From: Syntrophorhabdaceae bacterium
Lineage (GTDB): Bacteria; Desulfobacterota; Syntrophorhabdia; Syntrophorhabdales; Syntrophorhabdaceae
DNA length: 64,000 nucleotides
Direction of reading: 5' to 3'
Assembly (NCBI GenBank): GCA_963666485.2
Contig: CAXXUO010000009.1
Coordinates: 192,001-256,000, forward strand
This document shows, in pieces, positions 10,369 through 19,239 of this stretch. Under the pieces are notes generated by a model that was not told the origin of the DNA, searched no databases, and was given only the letters and a program-made list of their open reading frames with translations. A program made the translations under genes and the position numbers. Every line of letters starts with the position of its first letter. The first letter of the stretch is position 1.

Positions 10369-11313
10369 ATGTATATTAATGCAATATCCCATTACCTGCC
10401 TTCCAGGAGAATTCCCAACCAATATTACACTGAACTCAAGGGCCTCACCGATGAATGGATCTTTCGGAGGACGGGTATACGGCAGCGCACACGGGCCGCC
10501 GACGATGAAAATACCCACACCATGGCGATCGAGGCTATGCTGCCGATCGTTGACAGGCTGCCGTACGATCTGAAAGACGTGGACCTTATCGTGGGAGCGA
10601 CCTATACGCCGTTCGATATGGTAGGGACCCTCGCACACGCCGTGCAGGGCTACTTCGACATCCACTCGGCGGCAGCGGTGACGGTGACAAGTGCCTGTTC
10701 GTCATTTATCAATGCCGTTGAGATAGTCGAGGGTTATTTCGCGACAGGCAAGGCAAAACGCGCCCTGGTCATTGCCTCCGAAGATAATTACATGTATACG
10801 AACGAGGATTGTGACGAGTCGGCCCACCTCTGGGGGGACGGCGCCGGATGCGTGTTCATATCTGCCGAAAAATACTCGGCGGACGATATCAGGGTCCTCG
10901 ATGTTCACACTGCCGGCCTCGGGCACATCGGCAAGGGTGTGGGCGGTGTCTACTTAAGGCCTTCGAACGGCGGGCTCATCATGCCGTACGGGCGTGATGT
11001 TTTTGTCAATGCCTGCAAATTTATGGAGACCGAGGCAAAGGATATTGTCGAAAAGAATAACTATGTCATGGGGGACGTCAATTACCTTGTTCCCCACCAG
11101 GCAAATTCCCGCATAATGGACCACGTCGCCAAGGTGCTTGGAGTCGATGCGTCCAGAGTGATCTCAAACATCGAGGAAACAGGAAATACGGGTTGTGCAA
11201 GCACCCTGATATGCCTTTCCCAGAACTGGCAGAGATTCGTCGAAAACGACCTGATCCTTGTCACCGTCTTCGGCGGCGGGTACTCGAGCGGGGCGATGCT
11301 GCTTAAAAAATAG
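10369..11313 (+). CDS. fabH: 3-oxoacyl-ACP synthase III family protein
   Basis: Catalytic triad SACSSF, PHQAN, GNTG; WIFRRTGI; FGGG. Confidence 0.88.
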   Translation: MYINAISHYLPSRRIPNQYYTELKGLTDEWIFRRTGIRQRTRAADDENTHTMAIEAMLPIVDRLPYDLKDVDLIVGATYTPFDMVGTLAHAVQGYFDIHSAAAVTVTSACSSFINAVEIVEGYFATGKAKRALVIASEDNYMYTNEDCDESAHLWGDGAGCVFISAEKYSADDIRVLDVHTAGLGHIGKGVGGVYLRPSNGGLIMPYGRDVFVNACKFMETEAKDIVEKNNYVMGDVNYLVPHQANSRIMDHVAKVLGVDASRVISNIEETGNTGCASTLICLSQNWQRFVENDLILVTVFGGGYSSGAMLLKK

Positions 11314-11343
11314 TTCCACGTTCCAGGTTCCAGGTTCCACGTT
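11313..11343. repeat. Unpaired heptamer array (GTTCCAS)4 starting in the fabH stop codon
   Basis: GTTCCAC GTTCCAG GTTCCAG GTTCCAC GTT followed by an A-tract. Confidence 0.85.
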
Positions 11344-11402
11344 AAAAGATGAAAAATGTCATTGGTCTTGACAGGGCCGGTCGCGGGGCGGATAATCATT
11401 CC

Positions 11403-11963
11403 ATGGAATTACTGAAAGCGATAAAAGAGAGACGGAGTGTCAGGCATTACAGGAGCGATAGTGTGCCCGACGAGATATTGCTCGAGATCCTCGAGGCGGC
11501 GCGGTGTGCTCCATCATGGGCCAATACGCAGGTGTGCCGCTTTATCGTGGTAAAGGAAGCCGGGGTAAAAGAGGCGCTGCAGGAATGCCTTGGTCCCCAG
11601 AACCCCGCACGGGCCGCCATGGTCGAGGCGCCTATTGTTATCTGCGTCGCGGCGCAGAGGAATGTTTCCGGCTGCCGCGGCGGGACCCCCACGACGAACA
11701 AGGGCGACTGGTTCATGTTCGACGCGGGAATAGCCCTCGAACATATTGCGCTCGCCGCCTGTAATTTCGGGCTCGGCACGGTCCACGTGGGAAGTTTCGA
11801 TGCGGCAAAAGCCGAACAGGCCCTTGCGATCCCGGAAGGTTACAGCATCACGGAAATGATGCCTCTCGGGTATTTCGACGAGACCCCCCGCGAGACCCCA
11901 AGAAAACCGCTGACTGAGATCGTTTACCTCGATCGCTTCGGCGAACCGTATCTTAAAAGATAG
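11403..11963 (+). CDS. Nitroreductase family protein
   Basis: AIKERRSVRHY, APSWANTQ, DAGIA..LAA...GLGT. Confidence 0.92.
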   Translation: MELLKAIKERRSVRHYRSDSVPDEILLEILEAARCAPSWANTQVCRFIVVKEAGVKEALQECLGPQNPARAAMVEAPIVICVAAQRNVSGCRGGTPTTNKGDWFMFDAGIALEHIALAACNFGLGTVHVGSFDAAKAEQALAIPEGYSITEMMPLGYFDETPRETPRKPLTEIVYLDRFGEPYLKR

Positions 11964-12104
11964 TTCCACGTTCCACGGTTCCACGTTCCACGCTAAAAAC
12001 CCTTATTATATAACCCGCAATATTCAACCCAATAACAGTTCGCCCGTTCACCGTTCACATCTTAGTTCTTTAAGCGTGGAACGTGGAACCGTGGAACGTG
12101 GAAC
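11963..12104. repeat. Perfect 32-bp inverted repeat made of GTTCCAC units, with a 78-nt spacer
   Basis: 11963-11994 is the exact reverse complement of 12073-12104. Confidence 0.95.
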
Positions 12105-12110
12105 CGGTTT

Positions 12111-12497
12111 TTATCCGTACCCCAACTCTTCGAGCCTTTCTTCCGTCATCCCGATGTAGTGCGCGACCTCGTGCACGACCGTGATCTCTATCTCTTCCTC
12201 GAGCTCCTCGCGCGTCTCACACATTTCCTCGAGAGGTTCCTGAAAGAGATAGATCATGTCGGGATACAGGGGAGGGATGGTGGCAGAGCGTTCGATCATG
12301 GGCACACCCTGAAAAAGGCCGAGGGGATATTCGCCGGGCGGTATGCCCATCTCCATCATCATCTGCCGGGAAGGCCTTTTTTTGACCGAGATCACGATAT
12401 TGTCGAGATGCTGTCGTATCTCGTCGGGAATGTTATCTATGGCTTTGGCTACTATTCGGTCAAATTCTTTTTCATCGAGCCTGATCGACATGGGCAT
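12111..12497 (-). CDS. Zincin-like minimal metallopeptidase family protein
   Basis: LGLFQG, PDMIYLFQ, VVHEVAHYIG (HExxH). Confidence 0.88.
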   Translation of the reverse strand: MPMSIRLDEKEFDRIVAKAIDNIPDEIRQHLDNIVISVKKRPSRQMMMEMGIPPGEYPLGLFQGVPMIERSATIPPLYPDMIYLFQEPLEEMCETREELEEEIEITVVHEVAHYIGMTEERLEELGYG

Positions 12498-12515
12498 TTT
12501 CCCGGTCAGTTGGCA

Positions 12516-13130
12516 TTAAAGACAGTTTTCCGGCGATGGAGATAACCTTTCCAGAACGGCGACAAATTCGCTGAGAATGATGGCCGTCGCTCCCCACACT
12601 TTTCTTCCATACACGTCGAAGTAGGGAATGCTCCGCTCGGTTCCGTCAATGACCCAGTTTTCGACATTGATATTCTTCGGGTCAAAAAAATGGGAAACCG
12701 GGACCTCGAGCAGGTGGAGCACTTCCTCGGGCTGCAATATAAAAGACGGGCGATACGGAAGATACGCGACGAACGGATGGACGTGGAAATTGCTGGGCTC
12801 GATATAAATGGGGGTGAGTTCACCTATGATGGACACGTCATCACCACAGACGCCGAGTTCCTCGCAGGCTTCGCGAAGGGCGGTGTGTGCCAGCGACTCA
12901 TCCTCCGGTTCAGCCGCACCGCCGGGAAAACTGACCTGCCCCTTGTGAACGGCAACATTTTCGGTGCGCACCGTCAACACGAGAAAAAGGGTTTCCTGTT
13001 CGTTGCCAGGGTATAGCAGTACCATGACCGCGCCGACCAACGGGTGGCTCTTCCCGGGCGGAGGCGTAAAAGCGCGATGCGACGGCGACATCCGCACCTG
13101 CGCCTCGAAGCCCGGCAGCGGCATATCCAA
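12516..13130 (-). CDS. Nudix hydrolase, CoA pyrophosphatase-like
   Basis: HKGQVSFPGG...ALREACEELG Nudix box, VWGATA; true start may be further upstream. Confidence 0.9.
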   Translation of the reverse strand: MDMPLPGFEAQVRMSPSHRAFTPPPGKSHPLVGAVMVLLYPGNEQETLFLVLTVRTENVAVHKGQVSFPGGAAEPEDESLAHTALREACEELGVCGDDVSIIGELTPIYIEPSNFHVHPFVAYLPYRPSFILQPEEVLHLLEVPVSHFFDPKNINVENWVIDGTERSIPYFDVYGRKVWGATAIILSEFVAVLERLSPSPENCL

Positions 13131-13183
13131 TGCCTTACGTATGTTTTCCGGAGTTAACCTTTCCCCGATATTACCCTCTGGTC

Positions 13184-13474
13184 CTATAAAACACCCAGAC
13201 CGACACCAACCATTCCCGGACCGGAATCATATGCCTCTGTCATGGCGCGGGAATCATCTTCGATCTCGTTTTCGATACGCGTCGTCACTTTGCGTATCTC
13301 GGCTATTATTCCAAGACCCGTCTTAAAGGGGTCTTTTGCTGAACCGATCTGTGCTATTGCCATGTCTTCGACATTCTTGAGCGCCGCCAAAAAAGCCTTG
13401 TCCATCCTGGGGGCCGCAGCCTTCTTTTTCGCAGGTGCAGCTTTTTTCTTTGCCTTCGGTTTCACTGCTGCCAT
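13184..13474 (-). CDS. Hypothetical protein with Lys/Ala/Pro-rich (histone-H1-like) N-terminus
   Basis: AGGAGG RBS; KPKAKKKAAPAKKKAAAP. Confidence 0.75.
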   Translation of the reverse strand: MAAVKPKAKKKAAPAKKKAAAPRMDKAFLAALKNVEDMAIAQIGSAKDPFKTGLGIIAEIRKVTTRIENEIEDDSRAMTEAYDSGPGMVGVGLGVL

Positions 13475-13593
13475 ACAACACCTCCTTTAAGATGTGTCAG
13501 CATCGCATAGGGGAAAATCCCTGACTACCCGGAAGAATTATCCATACCACAATTATATTGGCAAACGGGGATTCGTCAAGGGAAGAAAAGCCA

Positions 13594-13728
13594 TAAATAG
13601 TAAGGAGTGAAGAGCAAAGAATAGGGAGTTAAAGACAGAACTTCAAATATGAAGATAATATTTTGCGAAAATTGCCGGCCATGTTTGCTTTTTCTCCCCG
13701 CTCCTCACTCCTCACTATTCACTATTCC
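13594..13728. repeat. Degenerate inverted heptamer arrays (TRARRAG-like ... CTMYTCA)
   Basis: taaatag taaggag tgaagag caaagaa tagggag (13594-13628) versus ctccccg ctcctca ctcctca ctattca ctattcc (13694-13728). Confidence 0.7.
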
Positions 13729-13755
13729 TTGCAAGTATCCCTCCTTTTTATTAGA

Positions 13756-14262
13756 ATGTCCAAAATCTTCCAAAAAGGAAAAAGATTGGGACCTGAGGAA
13801 AACAACGCCTCGGAATTCGATGCGATAATACGCAAACACGTCTGGAAGTTGATCGCAATAGGCACGGCTTTTGGTGCGCTCGCCATAATGGTCGTCATTG
13901 CCGGATACAGTTTCTCGGGCAGGTCCACATTTTGCGGCTCATGCCACAGCATGGAAAACAATTATTTTACATGGCAGGCGTCGCGGCACAAACAATTCGC
14001 GTGTAATGAATGCCACCTGCCTCATGGAAATTTTGCCCATACATTTTTCTACAAGGCATATGCCGGCCTACGGGACGTGGCCGATGAGACAATGCGGTCA
14101 TATCCATTCACCATAAAATTATCGAACACTGCCCGGGCGATTGCGAATTCAAATTGTTCGCGATGCCATTTTTCGACTATCGAGACGACGCCGATGGCCA
14201 GGGGGAATGTGGACTGCATGAAGTGCCACAAGTTCCTGGTCCACGGGCGTCACGTACCTTAA
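13756..14262 (+). CDS. nrfH: Tetraheme cytochrome c quinol dehydrogenase, nitrite reductase small subunit
   Basis: One TM helix, four CxxCH (CGSCHSM, CNECH, CSRCH, CMKCH); directly upstream of nrfA; TTG 13786 with AAGGA RBS is an alternative start. Confidence 0.92.
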   Translation: MSKIFQKGKRLGPEENNASEFDAIIRKHVWKLIAIGTAFGALAIMVVIAGYSFSGRSTFCGSCHSMENNYFTWQASRHKQFACNECHLPHGNFAHTFFYKAYAGLRDVADETMRSYPFTIKLSNTARAIANSNCSRCHFSTIETTPMARGNVDCMKCHKFLVHGRHVP

Positions 14263-14271
14263 TGGAGGTCT

Positions 14272-15552
14272 TTGTTGAATAGAAAGATCATAACGGTCTT
14301 CGTCATCGGATTAGTTTTCTTTCTCGGTGCCCTGGCGATGGTGCGATCGTTTTTTTTCAAGCCCGCCGATAGATCGATCGTTGTCGCCATACCTGAGAAC
14401 GAGTATGACCCCGCTACATGGGGAAAACGGTACCCGCTCCAATATGCGAGCTTCCAGAAAAACCTGGAGATGTCCGCTTCACCCACGGAATTCGGGGGTT
14501 CTGTCAAATTTCAACATTCATTGCGGCAGCCGGAGATACTCACAAACTTTAAAGGGAACGCATTTAGCAAGGATTACACGGAAGATAGGGGACACCCCTA
14601 TTCACTGATAGACCTGAAAGAGTCGAAGAGGGTCACCGAAAAAAGCCCCGGGGCCTGCATGACATGCAAGACCGCCCAGATCTCCGGCATCTTCCGGGAG
14701 GCCGGATGGGCATACGCGAACAAGCCCCTTTCGGAGCTTATGGCCCGTACAGGGCATGCCATAGGGTGCGCCAACTGCCACAACCCGTCGACAATGGAGT
14801 TGCGCATCACCAACCCCGCATTCATCGAAGCCATGGCGAAGCGCGGCATCGACGTGACAAAAGCCGGCAGGGAGGAGATGCGATCGTACGTCTGCGGCCA
14901 GTGCCATGCGGAATATTATTTCCAGCCCGGGACAATGCGGGTCGTGATGCCCTGGGACAAGGGACTTCACCCTGAACAGATCTATGCATATTACAGCACG
15001 AAACCCGGCGGTTTTGAGGGAGATTTTATCCAGCCGGACTCGCTCACCATGGTCCTGAAGGCCCAACACCCGGATTTCGAGGTCTATTCCACGGGCATCC
15101 ATGCCCGGGCAGGAATATCCTGCGCGGATTGCCACATGCCGTACATGCGCGAGTCAGGCCGGAAGTACAGTTCCCACTGGGTGACGTCCCCCATGAAAAC
15201 CACGGACGCGTCGTGCCGGCGGTGCCATCCCGAGGACGCAAAAATGCTCCTGGAAAGAGTGCGATACACTCAGAAGAATGTATGGGACCTGCAGCACATT
15301 GCGGGCACGAGGATCTCACGGGCGCATGAGGCGATAGCGAAGGCCCTTGCCGCAAAAACCATGAACAAGGACGAACTTGAAAAGGCACGCGAGAATGTCC
15401 GCCGGGCCCAGTGGTACTGGGATTTTGTCGCTGCCGAGAACAGCATGGGATTTCATAACCCCGCACTTTGCCTTAACATGCTCGGTCAATCGATCGACCT
15501 GGCGCACCGGTCCGTTGAATCCACGGTAAAGGCGACATCCCCTGTTCCGTAA
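14272..15552 (+). CDS. nrfA: Ammonia-forming pentaheme cytochrome c nitrite reductase
   Basis: CMTCK active-site heme motif plus four CxxCH; KAQHP; YTEDRGH; AENSMGFHNP. Confidence 0.96.
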   Translation: MLNRKIITVFVIGLVFFLGALAMVRSFFFKPADRSIVVAIPENEYDPATWGKRYPLQYASFQKNLEMSASPTEFGGSVKFQHSLRQPEILTNFKGNAFSKDYTEDRGHPYSLIDLKESKRVTEKSPGACMTCKTAQISGIFREAGWAYANKPLSELMARTGHAIGCANCHNPSTMELRITNPAFIEAMAKRGIDVTKAGREEMRSYVCGQCHAEYYFQPGTMRVVMPWDKGLHPEQIYAYYSTKPGGFEGDFIQPDSLTMVLKAQHPDFEVYSTGIHARAGISCADCHMPYMRESGRKYSSHWVTSPMKTTDASCRRCHPEDAKMLLERVRYTQKNVWDLQHIAGTRISRAHEAIAKALAAKTMNKDELEKARENVRRAQWYWDFVAAENSMGFHNPALCLNMLGQSIDLAHRSVESTVKATSPVP

Positions 15553-15664
15553 ACAGGGATGTGCACCAAACCTGTTTCCCAAAAAATGAGACACGCTTCC
15601 GGAAAATAGCATGTATAATACTAATTATATCAATATGTTACAAAGTGTTACACGGCAGCCTCTG

Positions 15665-15692
15665 TTGACCTCACTCATTTCCCTGTTATAAT
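15665..15692 (+). promoter_or_regulatory. Sigma70-type promoter TTGACC-N16-TATAAT with extended -10 (TGn)
   Basis: TTGACC 15665-15670, TATAAT 15687-15692, upstream of the histidine kinase. Confidence 0.65.
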
Positions 15693-15817
15693 TTTATAGG
15701 CTTCACAGGATCAGGAATGAAGGACTTCTCCTTCAAATCCTGAAGAACAATTACGGGAAAATCCCGGCACGCGACGTGAAAAACCGGGCTCAAGTGCCTG
15801 CCAGGAAGGGGAAAAGC

Positions 15818-16693
15818 ATGAGTGACACCGGTACGATCAGAAGCGGGTCTATTCCATTGGAAACAACTATGCCGCCAGGAAGGCCTGATATTGAGTCAAC
15901 CCTTGAGAAACAATTCAGGAAACGAACTGCGCGCCTCGCGGAGGTAAACGACCTTCTCAGGAAAGAGATTGCCGAGAGAAGGAGAATGGAGGCCGATCTG
16001 CAGGATTCACATGAGCGATTGCGCCTTCTCAGCATTCACCTCCAGAAGATCCGCGAGGAAGAAAGGACCTCCTTATCACGTGAACTTCATGACGAATTCG
16101 GGCAGGCCCTGACGGGAATGAAGCTGGATGTAAGCTGGATAAAAAGAAGGCTCTTGAATGCCGAGACACCGATCATCGAGAGGCTCGATGCAGTCCTCGA
16201 GGCGCTGGACCACACTATCGACACGGTCCAGCACATGTCCGCCAGGTTAAGGCCTGTCGTTCTCGACGATTTCGGGCTGCGCGATGCTGCCGAACTTGCT
16301 GCGCGGGACATCAAGAAAAGGGCGAATATAGAATGCAGCGTCCTCTCTGAACCGTACGCGATAAACCTGGATGAAACAGTATCGACAGAGGCTTTCCGTA
16401 TTCTCCAGGAATCGCTCACAAATGTCATGCGCCATTCGGGGGCGAAAAACGTGTCGATAACGATGAGAAAGCGAAAAGACGTGCTGACGGTCGAAATCCA
16501 CGACAATGGAAAGGGGATCACGAAAAAGGAGATCACGGGCCCGAGGTCGCTCGGGCTCATCGGGATGCAGGAACGCGCGCATGCGCTCGGCGGCACCTTG
16601 TCCATTACGGGAATTCGCGGAAAAGGCACAACAGTTACCCTGGCGGTCCCCCTTAAACGGGTGCAGACAGCGCGGGGTAAGGAGGAACGATAA
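15818..16693 (+). CDS. Cytoplasmic HisKA_3 (NarX/UhpB-type) histidine kinase without an evident sensor domain
   Basis: EERTSLSRELHDEFGQ, QESLTNVMRHS, DNGKG, LGLIGMQERA; GTG 15776 is an alternative start. Confidence 0.9.
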   Translation: MSDTGTIRSGSIPLETTMPPGRPDIESTLEKQFRKRTARLAEVNDLLRKEIAERRRMEADLQDSHERLRLLSIHLQKIREEERTSLSRELHDEFGQALTGMKLDVSWIKRRLLNAETPIIERLDAVLEALDHTIDTVQHMSARLRPVVLDDFGLRDAAELAARDIKKRANIECSVLSEPYAINLDETVSTEAFRILQESLTNVMRHSGAKNVSITMRKRKDVLTVEIHDNGKGITKKEITGPRSLGLIGMQERAHALGGTLSITGIRGKGTTVTLAVPLKRVQTARGKEER

Positions 16694-17325
16694 TGTTGCG
16701 GGTTATCATTGCCGACGATCACCCTGTGGTCCTCAAAGGCTTGAAAGAGATCCTGCAGGAAAATTTCAGCGATATGGTCTTCGATGAAGCGCGCCGGGGA
16801 TACGAATTGATCAATAAGGTCTACAACAATGATTACAACCTGGTCCTCCTCGATATCTCCCTGCCTGACATCAACGGTATCGAGGCCCTGAAAGAGATCA
16901 AAAAGAAACGTTCACGCCTGCCGGTCCTTATTGTAAGTACATACCCGGAGGAACAATATGCCGTACGGTCAATAAAGGCGGGGGCCCAGGGGTACATCAC
17001 CAAGCGAAGCGCCTCGGAGGAGCTTGTAGCGGCCGTGAACAAGATCCTTTCAGGCAAGAGGTACGTCAATCCCGCATTTGCCGAACAGATGATACTCGAC
17101 TTCGAGTCGGAGACCGACGCCCCGCCGCACGAAAAGCTCTCGATCCGCGAGCTCCAGGTTATGAAAATGGTGGCAAGCGGGTTGACGAACAAGGAGATTG
17201 CCGAGCAGTTGCACCTGAGCATCAACACGGTCCGGACATACAGGGTGCGCATCCTCGAGAAGATAGCCGTTAAGAAAACGAACGAGCTGATCTGGTACGC
17301 AGTAAAATACGGGCTCGTGGAATAA
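16693..17325 (+). CDS. NarL/FixJ-family response regulator
   Basis: IADDHPVV, LLDISLPD, LSIRELQV...NKEIAEQLHLS LuxR HTH. Confidence 0.95.
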   Translation: MLRVIIADDHPVVLKGLKEILQENFSDMVFDEARRGYELINKVYNNDYNLVLLDISLPDINGIEALKEIKKKRSRLPVLIVSTYPEEQYAVRSIKAGAQGYITKRSASEELVAAVNKILSGKRYVNPAFAEQMILDFESETDAPPHEKLSIRELQVMKMVASGLTNKEIAEQLHLSINTVRTYRVRILEKIAVKKTNELIWYAVKYGLVE

Positions 17326-17423
17326 CAATTTTTTTCTTTTGCCCGGGACCTGCCTGATGGTACATTAATCCCGTATATCCCTGTTTTAACTATCTTATCA
17401 CTCTGCCGGTACCGGGGGATGCG

Positions 17424-18551
17424 GTGAAAAACAAAAACATCATGCGGTCCTTGCTCCTTCTGCTTTTTTTCTCTGTCACCACCTTTTCCGCCGGATGTGC
17501 CGCGATGAAACCCGATTTCGATGAGACCCGATGGAGGGACAGGGTCAAAGCCGAAAAAGTGTCTGACCTTTACGCCCCGCATGCGGCGAACGGGACCTTC
17601 TTCAATCCATGGATGCCCATGGAAGAAAAAGGCTTTCTCAGGCTGATCAGATGGAAATTTTCGGCGAAGCGGGAATATACCCGGGAAGAAAAAGAATTCG
17701 GCCCCGCCTCTGTCCCGGACCCGCTCGCGGCCTTCAATGCGCGTCCCCATGACGACAGCATCCTATGGATCGGCCACGCGACGTTTCTTTTGCGGCTCGC
17801 GGGCAGCCTGTGGCTCACGGACCCTATGTTCTCTTCAAGGGCGCTCCTGCCCAAAAGAAAGGTCCCCCCGGCACTCATTATCGATGAGGTCAACGCGATC
17901 TCATCACCCGGCCTCAACGTCATTATTTCGCATAATCACTACGATCACCTGGACGCGGCGAGCATCAAGGCGCTCCCCGGAAATACCCGCATATTCGCAC
18001 CGCTCGGGCTTAAAAAATTTCTCGCGGGGCTCGGGAAAGAGAACGTGATCGAGATGGACTGGTGGCAGGCCATCGATCTCGGGGACGGCACCACGATCGT
18101 GTGCCTGCCCGTTCAGCATTGGTCCCGGAGAATCGGACAGGGCATCAACACCAGCCTCTGGGCAGGTTTTCTGCTGATAACACCGCGGGCAACGGTTTAC
18201 TACGGGGGCGATAGCGGATATTTCATCGGTTTTGCCGAGATCGGGAGGCGGTATCCCGGGATAGACTATGCCCTCATGCCGGCAACGGCATACCATCCCC
18301 GGTGGTTTATGCATTACTCCCACATGGATATCGACGAAACCCTCGATGCGTTCGACGACCTCAAGGCCCGGTATTTCATTCCGACCCAGTGGGGCGTTTT
18401 CCACCTTGGTGATGAGCCACCGGGGTTTCCCGTTATCGAACTGAAAAAGAAGATCATCGAACGCGCTCTCGATCCGTCCCGCTTCATCATAATGGACATC
18501 GGGCAGGCCCTCTTTTTAAGAAATAACGACCGGTATCACATCACACCTTGA
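17424..18551 (+). CDS. MBL-fold metallohydrolase (RomA/NAPE-PLD-like), probable lipoprotein
   Basis: WIGHAT, SHNHYDHLD, QHWSRR, YGGDSGY; lipobox SAGC. Confidence 0.9.
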   Translation: MKNKNIMRSLLLLLFFSVTTFSAGCAAMKPDFDETRWRDRVKAEKVSDLYAPHAANGTFFNPWMPMEEKGFLRLIRWKFSAKREYTREEKEFGPASVPDPLAAFNARPHDDSILWIGHATFLLRLAGSLWLTDPMFSSRALLPKRKVPPALIIDEVNAISSPGLNVIISHNHYDHLDAASIKALPGNTRIFAPLGLKKFLAGLGKENVIEMDWWQAIDLGDGTTIVCLPVQHWSRRIGQGINTSLWAGFLLITPRATVYYGGDSGYFIGFAEIGRRYPGIDYALMPATAYHPRWFMHYSHMDIDETLDAFDDLKARYFIPTQWGVFHLGDEPPGFPVIELKKKIIERALDPSRFIIMDIGQALFLRNNDRYHITP

Positions 18552-18608
18552 AAGCCGCTATTAAATAAAGTATTGTATCCAGAAACCCTATACCCGGCAG
18601 GAGGAAAC

Positions 18609-19121
18609 ATGACGACGCACCCCGCATCGGTCCGTCCCGTCCGTATCACGTTCATGGCATTGATCGCAGCGATATTCCTGACCGCATGTTCAGCCATCGA
18701 CAGCAGGATCAGTCAAAATGAAAACGAGTTCAAGACATATCCGCCGGACGTCCAGGCATTGATAAAGAACGGGCAGATACGGCCTGGATTTACGGAAACC
18801 CAGGTGTACATCGCGTGGGGCGAGCCGTATTACCGGGGCGGCGGCCAGTGGACATATCCGGGATTCGACTGCAAGAAATTCCAGGTGCCCAAAGATGAAT
18901 GGGAATACAAGAGACAATACCAGGCCGCCTGGGACGAATACCAGGACAGGAAAAAGCAGGGGAAAAAGGAGGTATTCGTACCGCCGTCACCCTACAAGGA
19001 AGAGCAGAGGTGCCGGCGCTTCGTAAAAAATTATCTCTATTTCGATCACGGGATCTTGACCCGTATGGACAGCCCGGCGACGATAACGTGGATAGATAGG
19101 GATTGGGATTACAAACAATAA
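18609..19121 (+). CDS. Hypothetical lipoprotein (SmpA/OmlA-like motif)
   Basis: GGAGG RBS; lipobox LTAC; GFTETQVYIAWGEP. Confidence 0.7.
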   Translation: MTTHPASVRPVRITFMALIAAIFLTACSAIDSRISQNENEFKTYPPDVQALIKNGQIRPGFTETQVYIAWGEPYYRGGGQWTYPGFDCKKFQVPKDEWEYKRQYQAAWDEYQDRKKQGKKEVFVPPSPYKEEQRCRRFVKNYLYFDHGILTRMDSPATITWIDRDWDYKQ

Positions 19122-19239
19122 AAAACGGTTCAAGGTTCAAGGTTCAATGCTAAAAGAGTATCCCCCTATAAAAGAAAAACTGCCATTCCGAGAATGGCAG
19201 TCCCATTGAACTTTGAACCTTGAACCTTGAACCGTTTTT
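19121..19239. repeat. 27-bp perfect inverted repeat AAAAAC(GGTTCAA)3 between convergent genes
   Basis: 19121-19147 versus 19213-19239, plus one extra degenerate unit at 19206-19212. Confidence 0.93.
19169..19201 (-). terminator. Intrinsic terminator nested within the heptamer inverted repeat
   Basis: ACTGCCATTC-CGA-GAATGGCAGT hairpin; U-tract follows on the minus strand. Confidence 0.75.

Noticed and set aside
15765..15780. Sigma54 promoter CGGCACGCGACGTGAA before the kinase
   Set aside because: Good -24 element but the -12 GC is absent, and a sigma70 promoter already explains transcription.
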